Of a stretch of DNA of 64,000 nt, positions 8,447-17,364 are shown in pieces. The stretch covers positions 384,001 to 448,000 of the forward strand of contig JANVYR010000001.1 in assembly GCA_030059665.1 (NCBI GenBank), given 5' to 3'. Numbering within the stretch: position 1 is the first letter of the stretch; each line of letters begins with the position of its first letter. Made by a program: the position numbers and the translations under genes. The notes beneath the pieces were generated by a model that saw only the letters and a list, made by a program, of their open reading frames with translations, made no database searches and had not been told where the DNA came from. The DNA is from Candidatus Calditenuis fumarioli. GTDB lineage: Archaea; Thermoproteota; Nitrososphaeria_A; Caldarchaeales; Calditenuaceae.

Positions 8447-9148
8447 ATGAGGTACGTGGAAATGCTGACGGCCGTGAGGTGCGCGGTGGCCACGATCCTC
8501 GTCAAGCAGCACGGGATAAGGCCCAGTGAGGTCGCGAGAGCTCTCGGGGTGAGCCCGGCCACCGTGACGCAGTACCTGAAGGGTAGGACGGGAACGCTGG
8601 AGGAGCTCAAGAGGGAACCGGCTTTGTGGAGCAGGATCGAGGTCTTCTCGGAGGAGATCGCCAAGGGGATAAGGTACGGGCTGAGGGGTTCGTGGGGCAC
8701 AGAGGTCGAGGAGCTGGCGATGAGCCTGCTCAGGGAGATGAAGGGGTTTGAGCGGCCGAGGGCCCTCGAGGACGCAACGAGGCTGAGCCTGCTGAGGAGG
8801 ATAGAACTTGAGGAGAAGTCGGCGGCGAAGGCCCTCGAGCTTGCCAGCAGGACCGGAGACCCACTAGTCTCCATGCTGCTGAGGCAGATAGCTTCCGACA
8901 GCATGAGGCACGCCGACATCCTCTCGACGCTTCTGAGGACTGTGGGCGAGGAGGGAGTCTCGACGGGTCACGACTACAGGACCCTGAAGGAGCTGCTGGA
9001 CTTCGAGGAGCAGGCGGAGTCGGAGAACCTCCTCGAGCTGGTGAGGACTGAGGACCCGCTGGTGAAGGCGCTCCTGCTCTCGATCGACCTCGACGAGCGC
9101 AAGCACGAGACTGTCCTCAGGGAGCTGCTCAGGAGAGCAGGTGGTTGA
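8447..9148 (+). CDS. XRE-type HTH fused to a ferritin/rubrerythrin-like domain
   Basis: N-terminal PSEVARALGVSPATVTQYLKG; C-terminal duplicated E...D(S/E)xxH helices (DSMRH, DERKH). Confidence 0.8.
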   Translation: MRYVEMLTAVRCAVATILVKQHGIRPSEVARALGVSPATVTQYLKGRTGTLEELKREPALWSRIEVFSEEIAKGIRYGLRGSWGTEVEELAMSLLREMKGFERPRALEDATRLSLLRRIELEEKSAAKALELASRTGDPLVSMLLRQIASDSMRHADILSTLLRTVGEEGVSTGHDYRTLKELLDFEEQAESENLLELVRTEDPLVKALLLSIDLDERKHETVLRELLRRAGG

Positions 9149-9198
9149 TCCGACTGACCCCGTTGGGTTACCGCTTTTAGCGAGCTCCTCCACTATGT

Positions 9199-9750
9199 GT
9201 GACGTTGGAGAGGCTCTGGGCACCGTGGAGAATGGGGTACATCCAGAGGGCCATAAAGTCCGGTGGGAGGGAGGCGTGCATCTTCTGCCAGAAGTACAGG
9301 GAGAGCGACGACAGACGCAACCTGATACTCGTCCGTGGCAGAAGGGCCTTCGTGGTGATGAACGCCTTCCCGTACAACAGCGGCCACCTGATGGTAGCGC
9401 CCGTGAGGCACGTGGGAGACCTGACAGCGCTGAGGCGTGACGAGCTGTACGAGCTGAGCGAGCTGACCAGGCTCTGCGTGGAGCTGCTGAACAAGGCCTA
9501 CAATCCGTCGGGCTACAACATCGGGATGAACCTCGGGAGGGCTGCGGGTGCCGGGATAGAGGACCACCTGCACGTCCACGTGGTGCCGAGGTGGGTGGGC
9601 GACACCAACTTCATGCCGGTGATCGGAGGAACAAAGGTCCTCCCGGAGCTGCTCGACGCGTCCTACGAGAGGATATACTCGGTGCTGCCGGAGGAGGTCA
9701 AGCGGAACCTCAGGACGCCCGAACGAAGGGCCGACTCCGGGACGCGTTAG
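9199..9750 (+). CDS. HIT-family hydrolase (Ap4A phosphorylase-like)
   Basis: LWAPWR, CIFC, NAFPYNSGHLM and the HLHVHVVPRW histidine triad. Confidence 0.92.
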   Translation: MTLERLWAPWRMGYIQRAIKSGGREACIFCQKYRESDDRRNLILVRGRRAFVVMNAFPYNSGHLMVAPVRHVGDLTALRRDELYELSELTRLCVELLNKAYNPSGYNIGMNLGRAAGAGIEDHLHVHVVPRWVGDTNFMPVIGGTKVLPELLDASYERIYSVLPEEVKRNLRTPERRADSGTR

Positions 9751-9799
9751 AACGGCTAAGGCTTTTCCGGAGGGACGTTGATCGACCTGAGGGAGGGAG

Positions 9800-10828
9800 T
9801 TGGGAGACGGAGCTGAGGCCGGTGTCCAGTTCGTGAAGCTGGACCTGAGGCGCTACCACAAGGCGGGCTACCGGGTGGTGGGTGAGTTCAAGCACTCGGC
9901 TGTTGAGATCTGCCGCTGGACCAGGTCGAGGCTCAGGGGTGGGAGGAACTGCTACAAGTCCGTCTACGGCATCGACTCCGGCCGCTGCATCCAGATGACA
10001 CCGACGCTGGACTTCTGCAACTTCGCATGCCCCTGGTGCTGGAGGCCATTCGGCCCCTACAGGCACAAGGCCCACGGAAGGGAGTGGGACGATCCCGAGA
10101 CCATAGTGAGGGAGATGGTCAGGGCCCAGAGGCAACTCCTGTCCGGGTTCGGAGGGAACCCCAAAACCGACAAGTCCTATTACAGGAAGGCGCTCAGACC
10201 GGCCCACGTAGCAATATCCCTTGACGGGGAGCCGACGCTCTACCCGAAGATCGCGGAGCTGATCAAGGAGATCCACTCGAAGGGCATGACGACCTTCCTC
10301 GTCACCAACGGCACCATGCCGAACAGGTTGAGGGAGATGCTGGAGAAGGACGCGATACCCACGAACCTCTTCGTCAGCGTCTACGCCACCAACCGGGAGG
10401 ACTACGTGAAGGTGACCAAGTCCGTGATCCCCGATGCCTTCGACAGGGTCTTGGAGAGCTTATCGCTGCTGAGGGAGTTCGAGAGGAGGGGGTGCAGGAC
10501 GGTGATCCGGCTGACGCTGGTGAAGGGGCTGAACATGAAGGACCCGGAGGGGTACGCGGAGCTGATCAAGCGCTACCAGCCCAACTTCACCGAGTTCAAG
10601 GGCTACGCCTGGCTCGGCGAGTCGAGGCAGAGGCTGACCCAGGACGCCTCCCCAACGTTCGAGGAGCTGAGGGAGTTCGAGCAGAGGGTGGACGCGATTA
10701 CGGAGTACAAGCCCGTGATGCTCGACAAGGTCAGCAACATCATCGTCTCCGTCAGGGACCGGGAGAGCTGGAGGAGGAACCTCGAGGTCGCTGCGGTGAT
10801 ATCCAAGCTGCCGGGATACAGCGGCTGA
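9800..10828 (+). CDS. taw1: 4-demethylwyosine synthase Taw1/Tyw1 (radical SAM)
   Basis: CRWT...CYK..YGI...RCIQMTP, CNFACPWC (CxxxCxxC), SLDGEPTLYP and FLVTNG. Confidence 0.92.
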   Translation: MGDGAEAGVQFVKLDLRRYHKAGYRVVGEFKHSAVEICRWTRSRLRGGRNCYKSVYGIDSGRCIQMTPTLDFCNFACPWCWRPFGPYRHKAHGREWDDPETIVREMVRAQRQLLSGFGGNPKTDKSYYRKALRPAHVAISLDGEPTLYPKIAELIKEIHSKGMTTFLVTNGTMPNRLREMLEKDAIPTNLFVSVYATNREDYVKVTKSVIPDAFDRVLESLSLLREFERRGCRTVIRLTLVKGLNMKDPEGYAELIKRYQPNFTEFKGYAWLGESRQRLTQDASPTFEELREFEQRVDAITEYKPVMLDKVSNIIVSVRDRESWRRNLEVAAVISKLPGYSG

Positions 10829-10890
10829 GTGCTAAAAGTCGACGTTGGAGGCCCCGAACCCTCGCCCAGCCTTCAGCGCTGAGCCGACCA

Positions 10891-10905
10891 CACGACTATA
10901 TCGTG
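10891..10905. promoter_or_regulatory. Palindrome CACGA-CTATA-TCGTG centred on a TATA-like element
   Basis: Perfect 5-bp arms 21-35 nt upstream of ATG 10926. Confidence 0.35.
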
Positions 10906-10925
10906 CCGGTGAAAACGATGAGGTG

Positions 10926-11333
10926 ATGTCGGCCCGTCCGCTGCCGAGGGTTCAGGAGTACACGAAGGCGTTCTGGGAAGGAGTGAAGTCGGGCAAGCTC
11001 CTCATCCAGAGGTGCAGATCGTGCGGGAGCTATCAGCACTATCCCAGACCGGGATGCGCCTCCTGCGGCTCGAGGGACCTCGGGTGGGTCGAGTCCTCAG
11101 GTAGGGGGAGGATCTACAGCCTGACGGTCCCCAGGGTTGTCATCGGTGACCAGAAGGCCTTCGAGGCCGAGATCCCGTACGTGCTCGCGATGGTGGACCT
11201 GGAGGAGGGAGTGAGGATCCTGGCAAGGGTCACAGGTTACTCGAGGCCCGAGGAGGTCTCGATCGGGGATCAAGTCGTCTTCGAGCCCGTCGACGTCGGG
11301 GGCTTCCACCTGCCGTACTTCAAGAAGGCGTAG
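10926..11333 (+). CDS. DUF35 Zn-ribbon/OB-fold protein (stand-alone)
   Basis: AFWEG...IQRCRSCGSYQHYPRPGCASCGS, GRGRIYS and PYVLAMVDLEEG; start at ATG 10926 after GAGGTG. Confidence 0.9.
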   Translation: MSARPLPRVQEYTKAFWEGVKSGKLLIQRCRSCGSYQHYPRPGCASCGSRDLGWVESSGRGRIYSLTVPRVVIGDQKAFEAEIPYVLAMVDLEEGVRILARVTGYSRPEEVSIGDQVVFEPVDVGGFHLPYFKKA

Positions 11334-11413
11334 CCCAACGCGCTTCCAGCCCTTGGCCTAAGTGGCGGTATTCTCCAACGTTTATCCGGAGTCAGGACGC
11401 TGAAGTTGACGGG

Positions 11414-12103
11414 ATGATCGTGATCGACAGCAACGAGGCCGCTGAGGCTCCGGCGATTGCGGAGACGCTGCGGGGAGCTGCCGAGGTAGCGGTCCGGCCC
11501 CTCGATGCGGGCGACTACCTCCTCACGGGCCAGAACGGGACCGTGCTGGTCGAGCGGAAGAGGGTCCCCGACTTCCTCAGCAGCCTGAAGGGCAGATTGT
11601 GGGACCAGCTGGAGAGGATCAGGTCCTTCGAGGGCACCAAGGTCCTGATACTCGAGGGGAACGTCGGCTTCTACCGGAGAACCGGCTGGAACGAGACCGC
11701 GGTCCTCGCGATGATGGACAAGATCGCGGTCGAGATGGGCATCCCCATAATACCGACTCCGGACGAGAGGGGGACGGCCGCCTACCTCCTCTGGAAGCAC
11801 CGGAGGCTGGGGGAGGTGAGGGAACCGCGGGACTACCCGCTGAGGGTGGCGAGGAGGGACATGACGGTCGAGGAGAGGGCCCTCTTCACGCTCGAGGGGA
11901 TGTGCGGTCACAAGACGGCCATCGCGCTGCTCGAGCACTTCGGGACCCTCGGTGACCTGATCTGCTTCGTCCGCTCGAACCCGTACCCAGCAGTCGAGGC
12001 CAGGCTCTCCGCGGTCAAGGTCGGGGGCAGGAGGATACCCGAGTCGACGATCAGGACGATCTACGAGGTCGTCAACTTCAGGTTCGGGAGCGGGACGAGA
12101 TGA
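11414..12103 (+). CDS. xpf: ERCC4-domain structure-specific endonuclease (short archaeal XPF type)
   Basis: IDSNE, GDY and VERKRVPDFLSS (ERKx3D) motif, plus an HhH-like C-terminus. Confidence 0.85.
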   Translation: MIVIDSNEAAEAPAIAETLRGAAEVAVRPLDAGDYLLTGQNGTVLVERKRVPDFLSSLKGRLWDQLERIRSFEGTKVLILEGNVGFYRRTGWNETAVLAMMDKIAVEMGIPIIPTPDERGTAAYLLWKHRRLGEVREPRDYPLRVARRDMTVEERALFTLEGMCGHKTAIALLEHFGTLGDLICFVRSNPYPAVEARLSAVKVGGRRIPESTIRTIYEVVNFRFGSGTR

Positions 12104-13899
12104 GGGGCGCGGTGGTGGTCGCGGAGAAGCCCTCCGTGGCGAGGGCGATCGAGGAGGCGCTGGACTCGATAGGCGTTGAGGACGTTCTGGTCACCAGCGT
12201 CAGGGGCCACCTCCTGGACCTCGACCTCCCGTTAGCGTTCAGGAACTGGAAGGGCAGGGATCCGGTGGAGGTGCTCGACCTCTCACTGGCCGATCTGAGG
12301 TACGTCGTAAGGGACCGGGAATCCCACCGGCACCTCCTCAAGGTCTTCAGGGAGAGGGCTCCTCTGGTGATCGCCACCGACAACGACCACGAGGGCGAGC
12401 TGATAGGCGCGGAGGTCCTGATGGTGTACCGGAGCGTGCGTGGCGATCGGTCGAGGTACTACCGGATGCGCTTCAACTCCATCGAGCGGGACGAGCTGAT
12501 CAGGGCCTGGCGCAACCTCGAGCCCGACCTGAACTGGGGATGGGTCCACAAGGCCGAGTTCAGGAGGGCCTTCGACCTGCTGACCGGTGCCGCCTTCACG
12601 CGGTTCCTCACCCTCTCCGCCGAGAGAAGGGGGTTCGATGGGCTCCTAAGCTGGGGGTCCTGCCAGACGCCGACGCTCTACTTCGTCGTCGAGCGCGACC
12701 TCAAGATAGAGAACTTCAAACCGATTCCCTTCTGGTACCTCGAGGCCCTTCTCGAGACGGATTCGGGCGAGCGGTTCTATGCAAGGACCGAGCGGTTCTG
12801 GGAGAGGTCGGAGGCCGAGTCGGCGTTCAGGCGTGCGTCCTCAGCGGAGACCGGTTCGGTGCGGGAGTTCGTCGAGGAGCACGAGGCAATCCGAAGACCC
12901 CTTCCTGCGAGGACCGACGACGCGTTGAGGGACCTGGTCGCGATAACGGGAAGGACGGCGAGGGAGCTGATGGAGGTCCTCGAGCGGCTCTACGCCGAGG
13001 GCTACATTTCCTATCCCAGGACGGACACGAACAGGTACCCAGAGGGCTTCAGCTATGCGAGGTCACTGAGGGCTGCCGTCAACGCAGGCATCGTGGGAAC
13101 TGAGGTGCTCCGCAGATCGCCTGACCCGAGACAGGGAAGGCTCGACGACGGCGCTCACCCACCGATCTACCCGATAAGGCCCTACTCGGGGAGAGGATTG
13201 CTGGCCGCGGTGTGGGAGTACATAGCCCGGAGGTTCGTAGCCAACGCCTACTTCGACGACGCGCTGGTGGCCAGGCAGAGCGCTGCGATAGATATCGGTG
13301 GCGTGACCTTCGGTGCCCACGGCCAGCTCCTGCTGAGGAGGGGGTTCCTCGAGGTCTATCCGTACCAACGCGTCGAGAGCGATCCGATCCCGAAGCTGTC
13401 GAGGGGCCAGCTCCTGAGGGTCGTCAAGCTGGAGCTGAGGGAGGGGAAGACGAGCCCGCCTCCCAGGATGAGCGAATCGGAGCTGCTGGCGACGATGGAG
13501 GCCCACGGCATCGGCACCGATGCGACGCGCGCCACCTTCCCCGCACTGATAGTCTCGAGGGGGTACGCCGTGAAGACGGGCAAGAGCATCAAGTCCACCG
13601 AGCTGGGTAGGGCACTGGTGGAGGCCCTTCGGTCCGTCGACGAGCGGCTCGTGACGCCGGAGACGAGGAGGAAGGTGGAGGAGAGGATGGGGATGGTCGA
13701 GAGGGGCCTCGCGGACTGGAGGGAGCTGCTGCGCGAGTCCCTGAAAGAGTACAGGGATTTGCTGCTGGAGTGCGTCGGGAGGTGGGAGAATCTGAGCGGG
13801 AAACTGGCTGAGCTGATCTCAGCTCCATCGAGCAATAGAATCGAGGGTTCCGGGAGCAGCGGTGGACGCCGACGGCGCGGGAGCCTCAGACCCTCCTGA
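12100..13899 (+). CDS. topA: Type IA DNA topoisomerase (Topo III-like), no C-terminal Zn ribbons
   Basis: VAEKPSVA, ATDNDHEGELIG (Toprim), GSCQTPTL, catalytic ISYPRTD, AHPPIYP and GIGTDATR. Confidence 0.92.
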   Translation: MRGAVVVAEKPSVARAIEEALDSIGVEDVLVTSVRGHLLDLDLPLAFRNWKGRDPVEVLDLSLADLRYVVRDRESHRHLLKVFRERAPLVIATDNDHEGELIGAEVLMVYRSVRGDRSRYYRMRFNSIERDELIRAWRNLEPDLNWGWVHKAEFRRAFDLLTGAAFTRFLTLSAERRGFDGLLSWGSCQTPTLYFVVERDLKIENFKPIPFWYLEALLETDSGERFYARTERFWERSEAESAFRRASSAETGSVREFVEEHEAIRRPLPARTDDALRDLVAITGRTARELMEVLERLYAEGYISYPRTDTNRYPEGFSYARSLRAAVNAGIVGTEVLRRSPDPRQGRLDDGAHPPIYPIRPYSGRGLLAAVWEYIARRFVANAYFDDALVARQSAAIDIGGVTFGAHGQLLLRRGFLEVYPYQRVESDPIPKLSRGQLLRVVKLELREGKTSPPPRMSESELLATMEAHGIGTDATRATFPALIVSRGYAVKTGKSIKSTELGRALVEALRSVDERLVTPETRRKVEERMGMVERGLADWRELLRESLKEYRDLLLECVGRWENLSGKLAELISAPSSNRIEGSGSSGGRRRRGSLRPS

Positions 13900-14128
13900 C
13901 GCCCTCGAGTGCCTTCAGCATGGCGTGATCCGAGACGACCGCTATCTTGTTACCGTGTTGGTCGTACAGGTGAATCTCGTCGTCCTTCTCCCTGGCCACG
14001 AGCCGGTGCTTGCCGGAGCAGATCGGGTAGGTGTCGGAGAGGCCGCACATGCATATCCATACCTCCTCTCCCTTATCGGTCACGTGTCTGTGTGGTCTCT
14101 TCGCCGTATGGATGACGATGCGCGCCAT
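13886..14128 (-). CDS. CDGSH-type iron-sulfur protein
   Basis: WICMCGLSDTYPICSGKH, a variant of CxCxxSxxxPxCDGSH. Confidence 0.85.
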   Translation of the reverse strand: MARIVIHTAKRPHRHVTDKGEEVWICMCGLSDTYPICSGKHRLVAREKDDEIHLYDQHGNKIAVVSDHAMLKALEGVRRV

Positions 14129-14187
14129 CTCGTCACCGACGACCTACACCGTCATTTAATTTTTGTGCGTCGTCGCGAATCTGAACG

Positions 14188-15243
14188 TCAGACCGCTGGT
14201 ACCTCGAGCGTGACGCAGTGGATGCCTCCGAGACCGAAGAAAAGCTCCTCCGACCTGATGGGGACCACCTCCCTTCCCCTGAACGCCTCCGCTATCACCT
14301 CAAGGGCCTCCTCGTCCTCGGGCTGACCGAAGGTCGGAACGATCACGTGCCTGTTCGTCACGAGGAAGTTCAGGTACGTGGCCGGGACCTCTGTGCCGAG
14401 AACCCTCACGGGCGACGGCATCGGGACCTTGTAAAACGTGTACTCGTCCTGGTCAGGCTCCCGCAGCCTCTCCTCGAGGACGGCCTGCGCCTCCCTGAGC
14501 ACCGCGTAGTTCGGGCTCTCCCTACGTCTCTCCTCCGCGACGAGCACAGCACCCCCAGGCGCAAGCCTAACGAAGGTGTCGACGTGTCCGTCGGTGTCAT
14601 CACCCGAGATCCCGCGGTCGAGCCAGACGACACGCGTCACGCCGAGGTAGTTCCTGAGGGCGGTCTCGATCCGGGACCTGCTGAAACCGGGGTTCCTCCT
14701 CTTGTCGAGGGCCGCCTGCCTCGTGATCAGCACCTCACCCCTCTCGCCGACCTCTATCATCCCTCCCTCGATGACCAGATTAGCAATGAACCCGATCGCG
14801 GCGGTCGACTCGAGGACCCTGAATCCCGTGGCGTCGTCCCTCTCCAGCTCCTTGTACTTCCCACCCCAGGCGTTGAAGACCCACTTGACGCCGGCCAGGG
14901 TTCCCCTCCCCGTTAGGAAGGTAGGGCCGTAGTCCCTGATCCAGACGTCGACCGCTGGGATCCGGAAGAAGTTGACGCCCTTCGTCCCGTAGAGCTCGCC
15001 GACCATCTTCTCGGCCTCAGCGAGGGAGCTGCTGTTGGGAACTATCACGTTGACCTCCTCCGATGACCTGATGGTCCCGATCAGCCGGACGAAGACCTCC
15101 TTCACCCTCTCGATTATCTCCTCGGGGAAGGTGCCGAGGTTGGCGGGCCACACGGTCCAGACGGCGCTCTGGGCGTGGAACTCAGGAGGCTTCCTGAGCC
15201 CGAGCCTCGAGGGGTAAAGCTGGAGCCTTGCGAGCGAGCTCAT
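14188..15243 (-). CDS. aguA: Agmatine deiminase (peptidylarginine deiminase family)
   Basis: Start ATG 15243 overlaps the aguB stop (ATGA). Motifs PPEF...WP, WIRDYGP, EGG, DTDGHVD, YLNF and GGIHCVT. Confidence 0.92.
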   Translation of the reverse strand: MSSLARLQLYPSRLGLRKPPEFHAQSAVWTVWPANLGTFPEEIIERVKEVFVRLIGTIRSSEEVNVIVPNSSSLAEAEKMVGELYGTKGVNFFRIPAVDVWIRDYGPTFLTGRGTLAGVKWVFNAWGGKYKELERDDATGFRVLESTAAIGFIANLVIEGGMIEVGERGEVLITRQAALDKRRNPGFSRSRIETALRNYLGVTRVVWLDRGISGDDTDGHVDTFVRLAPGGAVLVAEERRRESPNYAVLREAQAVLEERLREPDQDEYTFYKVPMPSPVRVLGTEVPATYLNFLVTNRHVIVPTFGQPEDEEALEVIAEAFRGREVVPIRSEELFFGLGGIHCVTLEVPAV

Positions 15244-16097
15244 CCGATGACCGACCTGTACAGCTCGGGCCTCCTGCACCTGATAAACCCCCAACTTTCT
15301 CGGACCTGCTGAGATCTGCGCAGATCGACCCGCCTCACCGCGACTCCCTCCTCGTCCACGCCCATCCTGCAGAGAACGTTGCCGAAGGCATCTGTCACGA
15401 ACGACGAACCCCAGAACGCGATCCTGCCCTCGCGACCTGTCCTGTTCACTGCGACGACGGAGATTCCGTTGGCGATCGAGTGGCCCCTCTGGACCGTCTC
15501 CCACGCCTCCCTCCAGTCGCCCTCGGACTGCTCTATCCCGTCAACCCAGCCTATCGCTGTGGGGTAGAAGACGATCTCGGCTTCCTGGAGCGCGAGCGCC
15601 CTCACGGGCTCCGGGAACCACTGATCGAAGCAGATCAGCACGCCGAACTTCACTCCCGCCGCCTCGAAGGGCCTGATGGGGCCGTCTCCCGGAACGAAGT
15701 ACCTCGACTCGTAGTAGCACTCGTCATCAGGGATGTGCGTCTTGCGGTAGGTCCCGATCACCTCGCCAGAGGGACCGATCACCGGTGACGAGTTCCAGTA
15801 CCCGCGCTCCGAACGCTCGATCAGCGAACCTCCGATCACCACCACGCCGTGCCTCCTCGCGGCGTCCGAGAGGGCGGAGACGAAGTGCCCGTACAGCGAG
15901 GAGAACTCCTCCAGGGTCCTCTCGTCGGGGACTGGGTCCTGCGCGACGTACCTGAACGGGAAGAGCTCCGGCAGGCAAACGAACTCCGCGCCCTGCGCTG
16001 CCGCATCTCCTATCAGCTCGACGGCCTTGGTGACGTTCCGTCTGACCTCCGGCTCCATCTTCATCTGGATCAGCCCCACGCTGAGCGTCCTGCTCAA
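15240..16097 (-). CDS. aguB: N-carbamoylputrescine amidase (nitrilase superfamily)
   Basis: Glu-Lys-Cys triad motifs LPELF, YRKTHIPDD..YYE..YF and ICFDQWFPE, also YPTAIGW; coupled to aguA. Confidence 0.88.
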   Translation of the reverse strand: MSRTLSVGLIQMKMEPEVRRNVTKAVELIGDAAAQGAEFVCLPELFPFRYVAQDPVPDERTLEEFSSLYGHFVSALSDAARRHGVVVIGGSLIERSERGYWNSSPVIGPSGEVIGTYRKTHIPDDECYYESRYFVPGDGPIRPFEAAGVKFGVLICFDQWFPEPVRALALQEAEIVFYPTAIGWVDGIEQSEGDWREAWETVQRGHSIANGISVVAVNRTGREGRIAFWGSSFVTDAFGNVLCRMGVDEEGVAVRRVDLRRSQQVRESWGFIRCRRPELYRSVIG

Positions 16098-16151
16098 GCC
16101 CCCGAGTCGTCTTTGAACTCGCTTATATCTGGGTTCTCGTCATGCATCGCT

Positions 16152-16580
16152 GTGAAAGTAAAGGAGGTGATGCGAAGGCCGGTGGTCACCGTTGGACCGA
16201 AGGACGCGGTATGGCAGGCCCTTGAGGTGATGCGGTCGACCAACATAGGCGCCGTGGTCGTTGCGGAGGGCGAGAGACCCGTCGGCATACTCACCGAGAG
16301 CGACGTAGTCCGTTTGCTGGTGGACCGTGGGATGGGGATCACCGAGCTCCTTTCACTATCGGTGGAGAGCGTGATGAGCAGGCCCGTCACCACCTGCAGT
16401 CCGGACGAGGACCTAATCGAGGTGGTTAACCGGATGGTCGAGCGGAGGGTGAGGAGGCTGCCGGTTGTCGAGGGCGAGAAACTCGTCGGCATCCTGACGG
16501 AGAGGGACCTCCTCCGCGCTTTGCTCGAGCTGCTGAGATCGGCTAGGACTGAGGAAGCTCGACAAGGTACTCGAGCGTGA
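16152..16580 (+). CDS. Tandem CBS-domain protein
   Basis: From GTG 16152: VKEVMRRPVVTV...VGILTESD...VMSRPVTT...VGILTERD. Confidence 0.88.
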   Translation: MKVKEVMRRPVVTVGPKDAVWQALEVMRSTNIGAVVVAEGERPVGILTESDVVRLLVDRGMGITELLSLSVESVMSRPVTTCSPDEDLIEVVNRMVERRVRRLPVVEGEKLVGILTERDLLRALLELLRSARTEEARQGTRA

Positions 16581-17262
16581 GGTCCGGGAACCTCTCCCTC
16601 AGCGACCTGGCGGTGGAATCCATCACGGCGACCGCGAAGACGCCCACCGGGACCGCACCGGATCGCTCCACGAACCTCAGCAGCGCCTCGACCGTCCTGC
16701 CGCTGCGGACGAAGTCGTCCACGATCAGAACCCTCTCCGAGCGCCTGATGGCCCGCTTCGGAAGGTAAACGTACTCGACGACCGGCGGCGATCTCACGAT
16801 CCGCTCCTCCACGAACTCCGTGTAGACCGGGTCCTTCACCGGCTTCGCGATGACCAGCTGGGCTCCGAGTTCAGATGCCACGTGAACCGCCAGCGGCACC
16901 CCATCGGTTGCGACCGTGAGCACCTTCTCGACCGCGGAGCCAGAGAAGAGGAGGGACGTGTAGAGCCCTACGGTGCGGAGTATCCTCTGGTCCTGGAGAA
17001 TCTGGCTGAGGTCGTAGAGGCCGTCCGGCGTCTTCCTGAGGAGCGACGCGAAGAACTCCGGGAAGTAGTCCTTCCTGGCCAGTTCTATGATCGCCAGAGC
17101 CCGCTCCGTCGTCGGCATCACCTTTCCGTGGACGTATCTGCTCAGGACCGACTGCTGGAGGCCCAGTCTCTCCGCCAGCTCCTTCAGCTGGTACCTCAGC
17201 CTCAATGCCCTCAGGGTCTCGAGGGCGAGCAGCCTCAGCTTGGTCTCGTCGAGCCTCTGCAT
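16543..17262 (-). CDS. HTH-phosphoribosyltransferase fusion (PurR-like regulator)
   Basis: N-terminal LKELAERLGLQQSVLSRY HTH; PRPP loop VLIVDDFVRSGRT. Confidence 0.88.
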   Translation of the reverse strand: MQRLDETKLRLLALETLRALRLRYQLKELAERLGLQQSVLSRYVHGKVMPTTERALAIIELARKDYFPEFFASLLRKTPDGLYDLSQILQDQRILRTVGLYTSLLFSGSAVEKVLTVATDGVPLAVHVASELGAQLVIAKPVKDPVYTEFVEERIVRSPPVVEYVYLPKRAIRRSERVLIVDDFVRSGRTVEALLRFVERSGAVPVGVFAVAVMDSTARSLRERFPDLTLEYLVELPQS

Positions 17263-17364
17263 CCGGTCTCTGCCCTCCCCCGCACATCCGCCAATTTAGT
17301 CTGATCCCGTCTCGGGGGTGGCTCCGGGGAACGCTCATCAGAGAGGAACGGCTACGGAGTCCGG

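Noticed and set aside
13886-14128. CSGKH in place of CDGSH
   Set aside because: All three Cys and the His ligand are retained, so this is ordinary family variation.
16543-17262. HTH-PRTase fusion as a novel regulator
   Set aside because: This architecture (PurR-like) is already well known in archaea.
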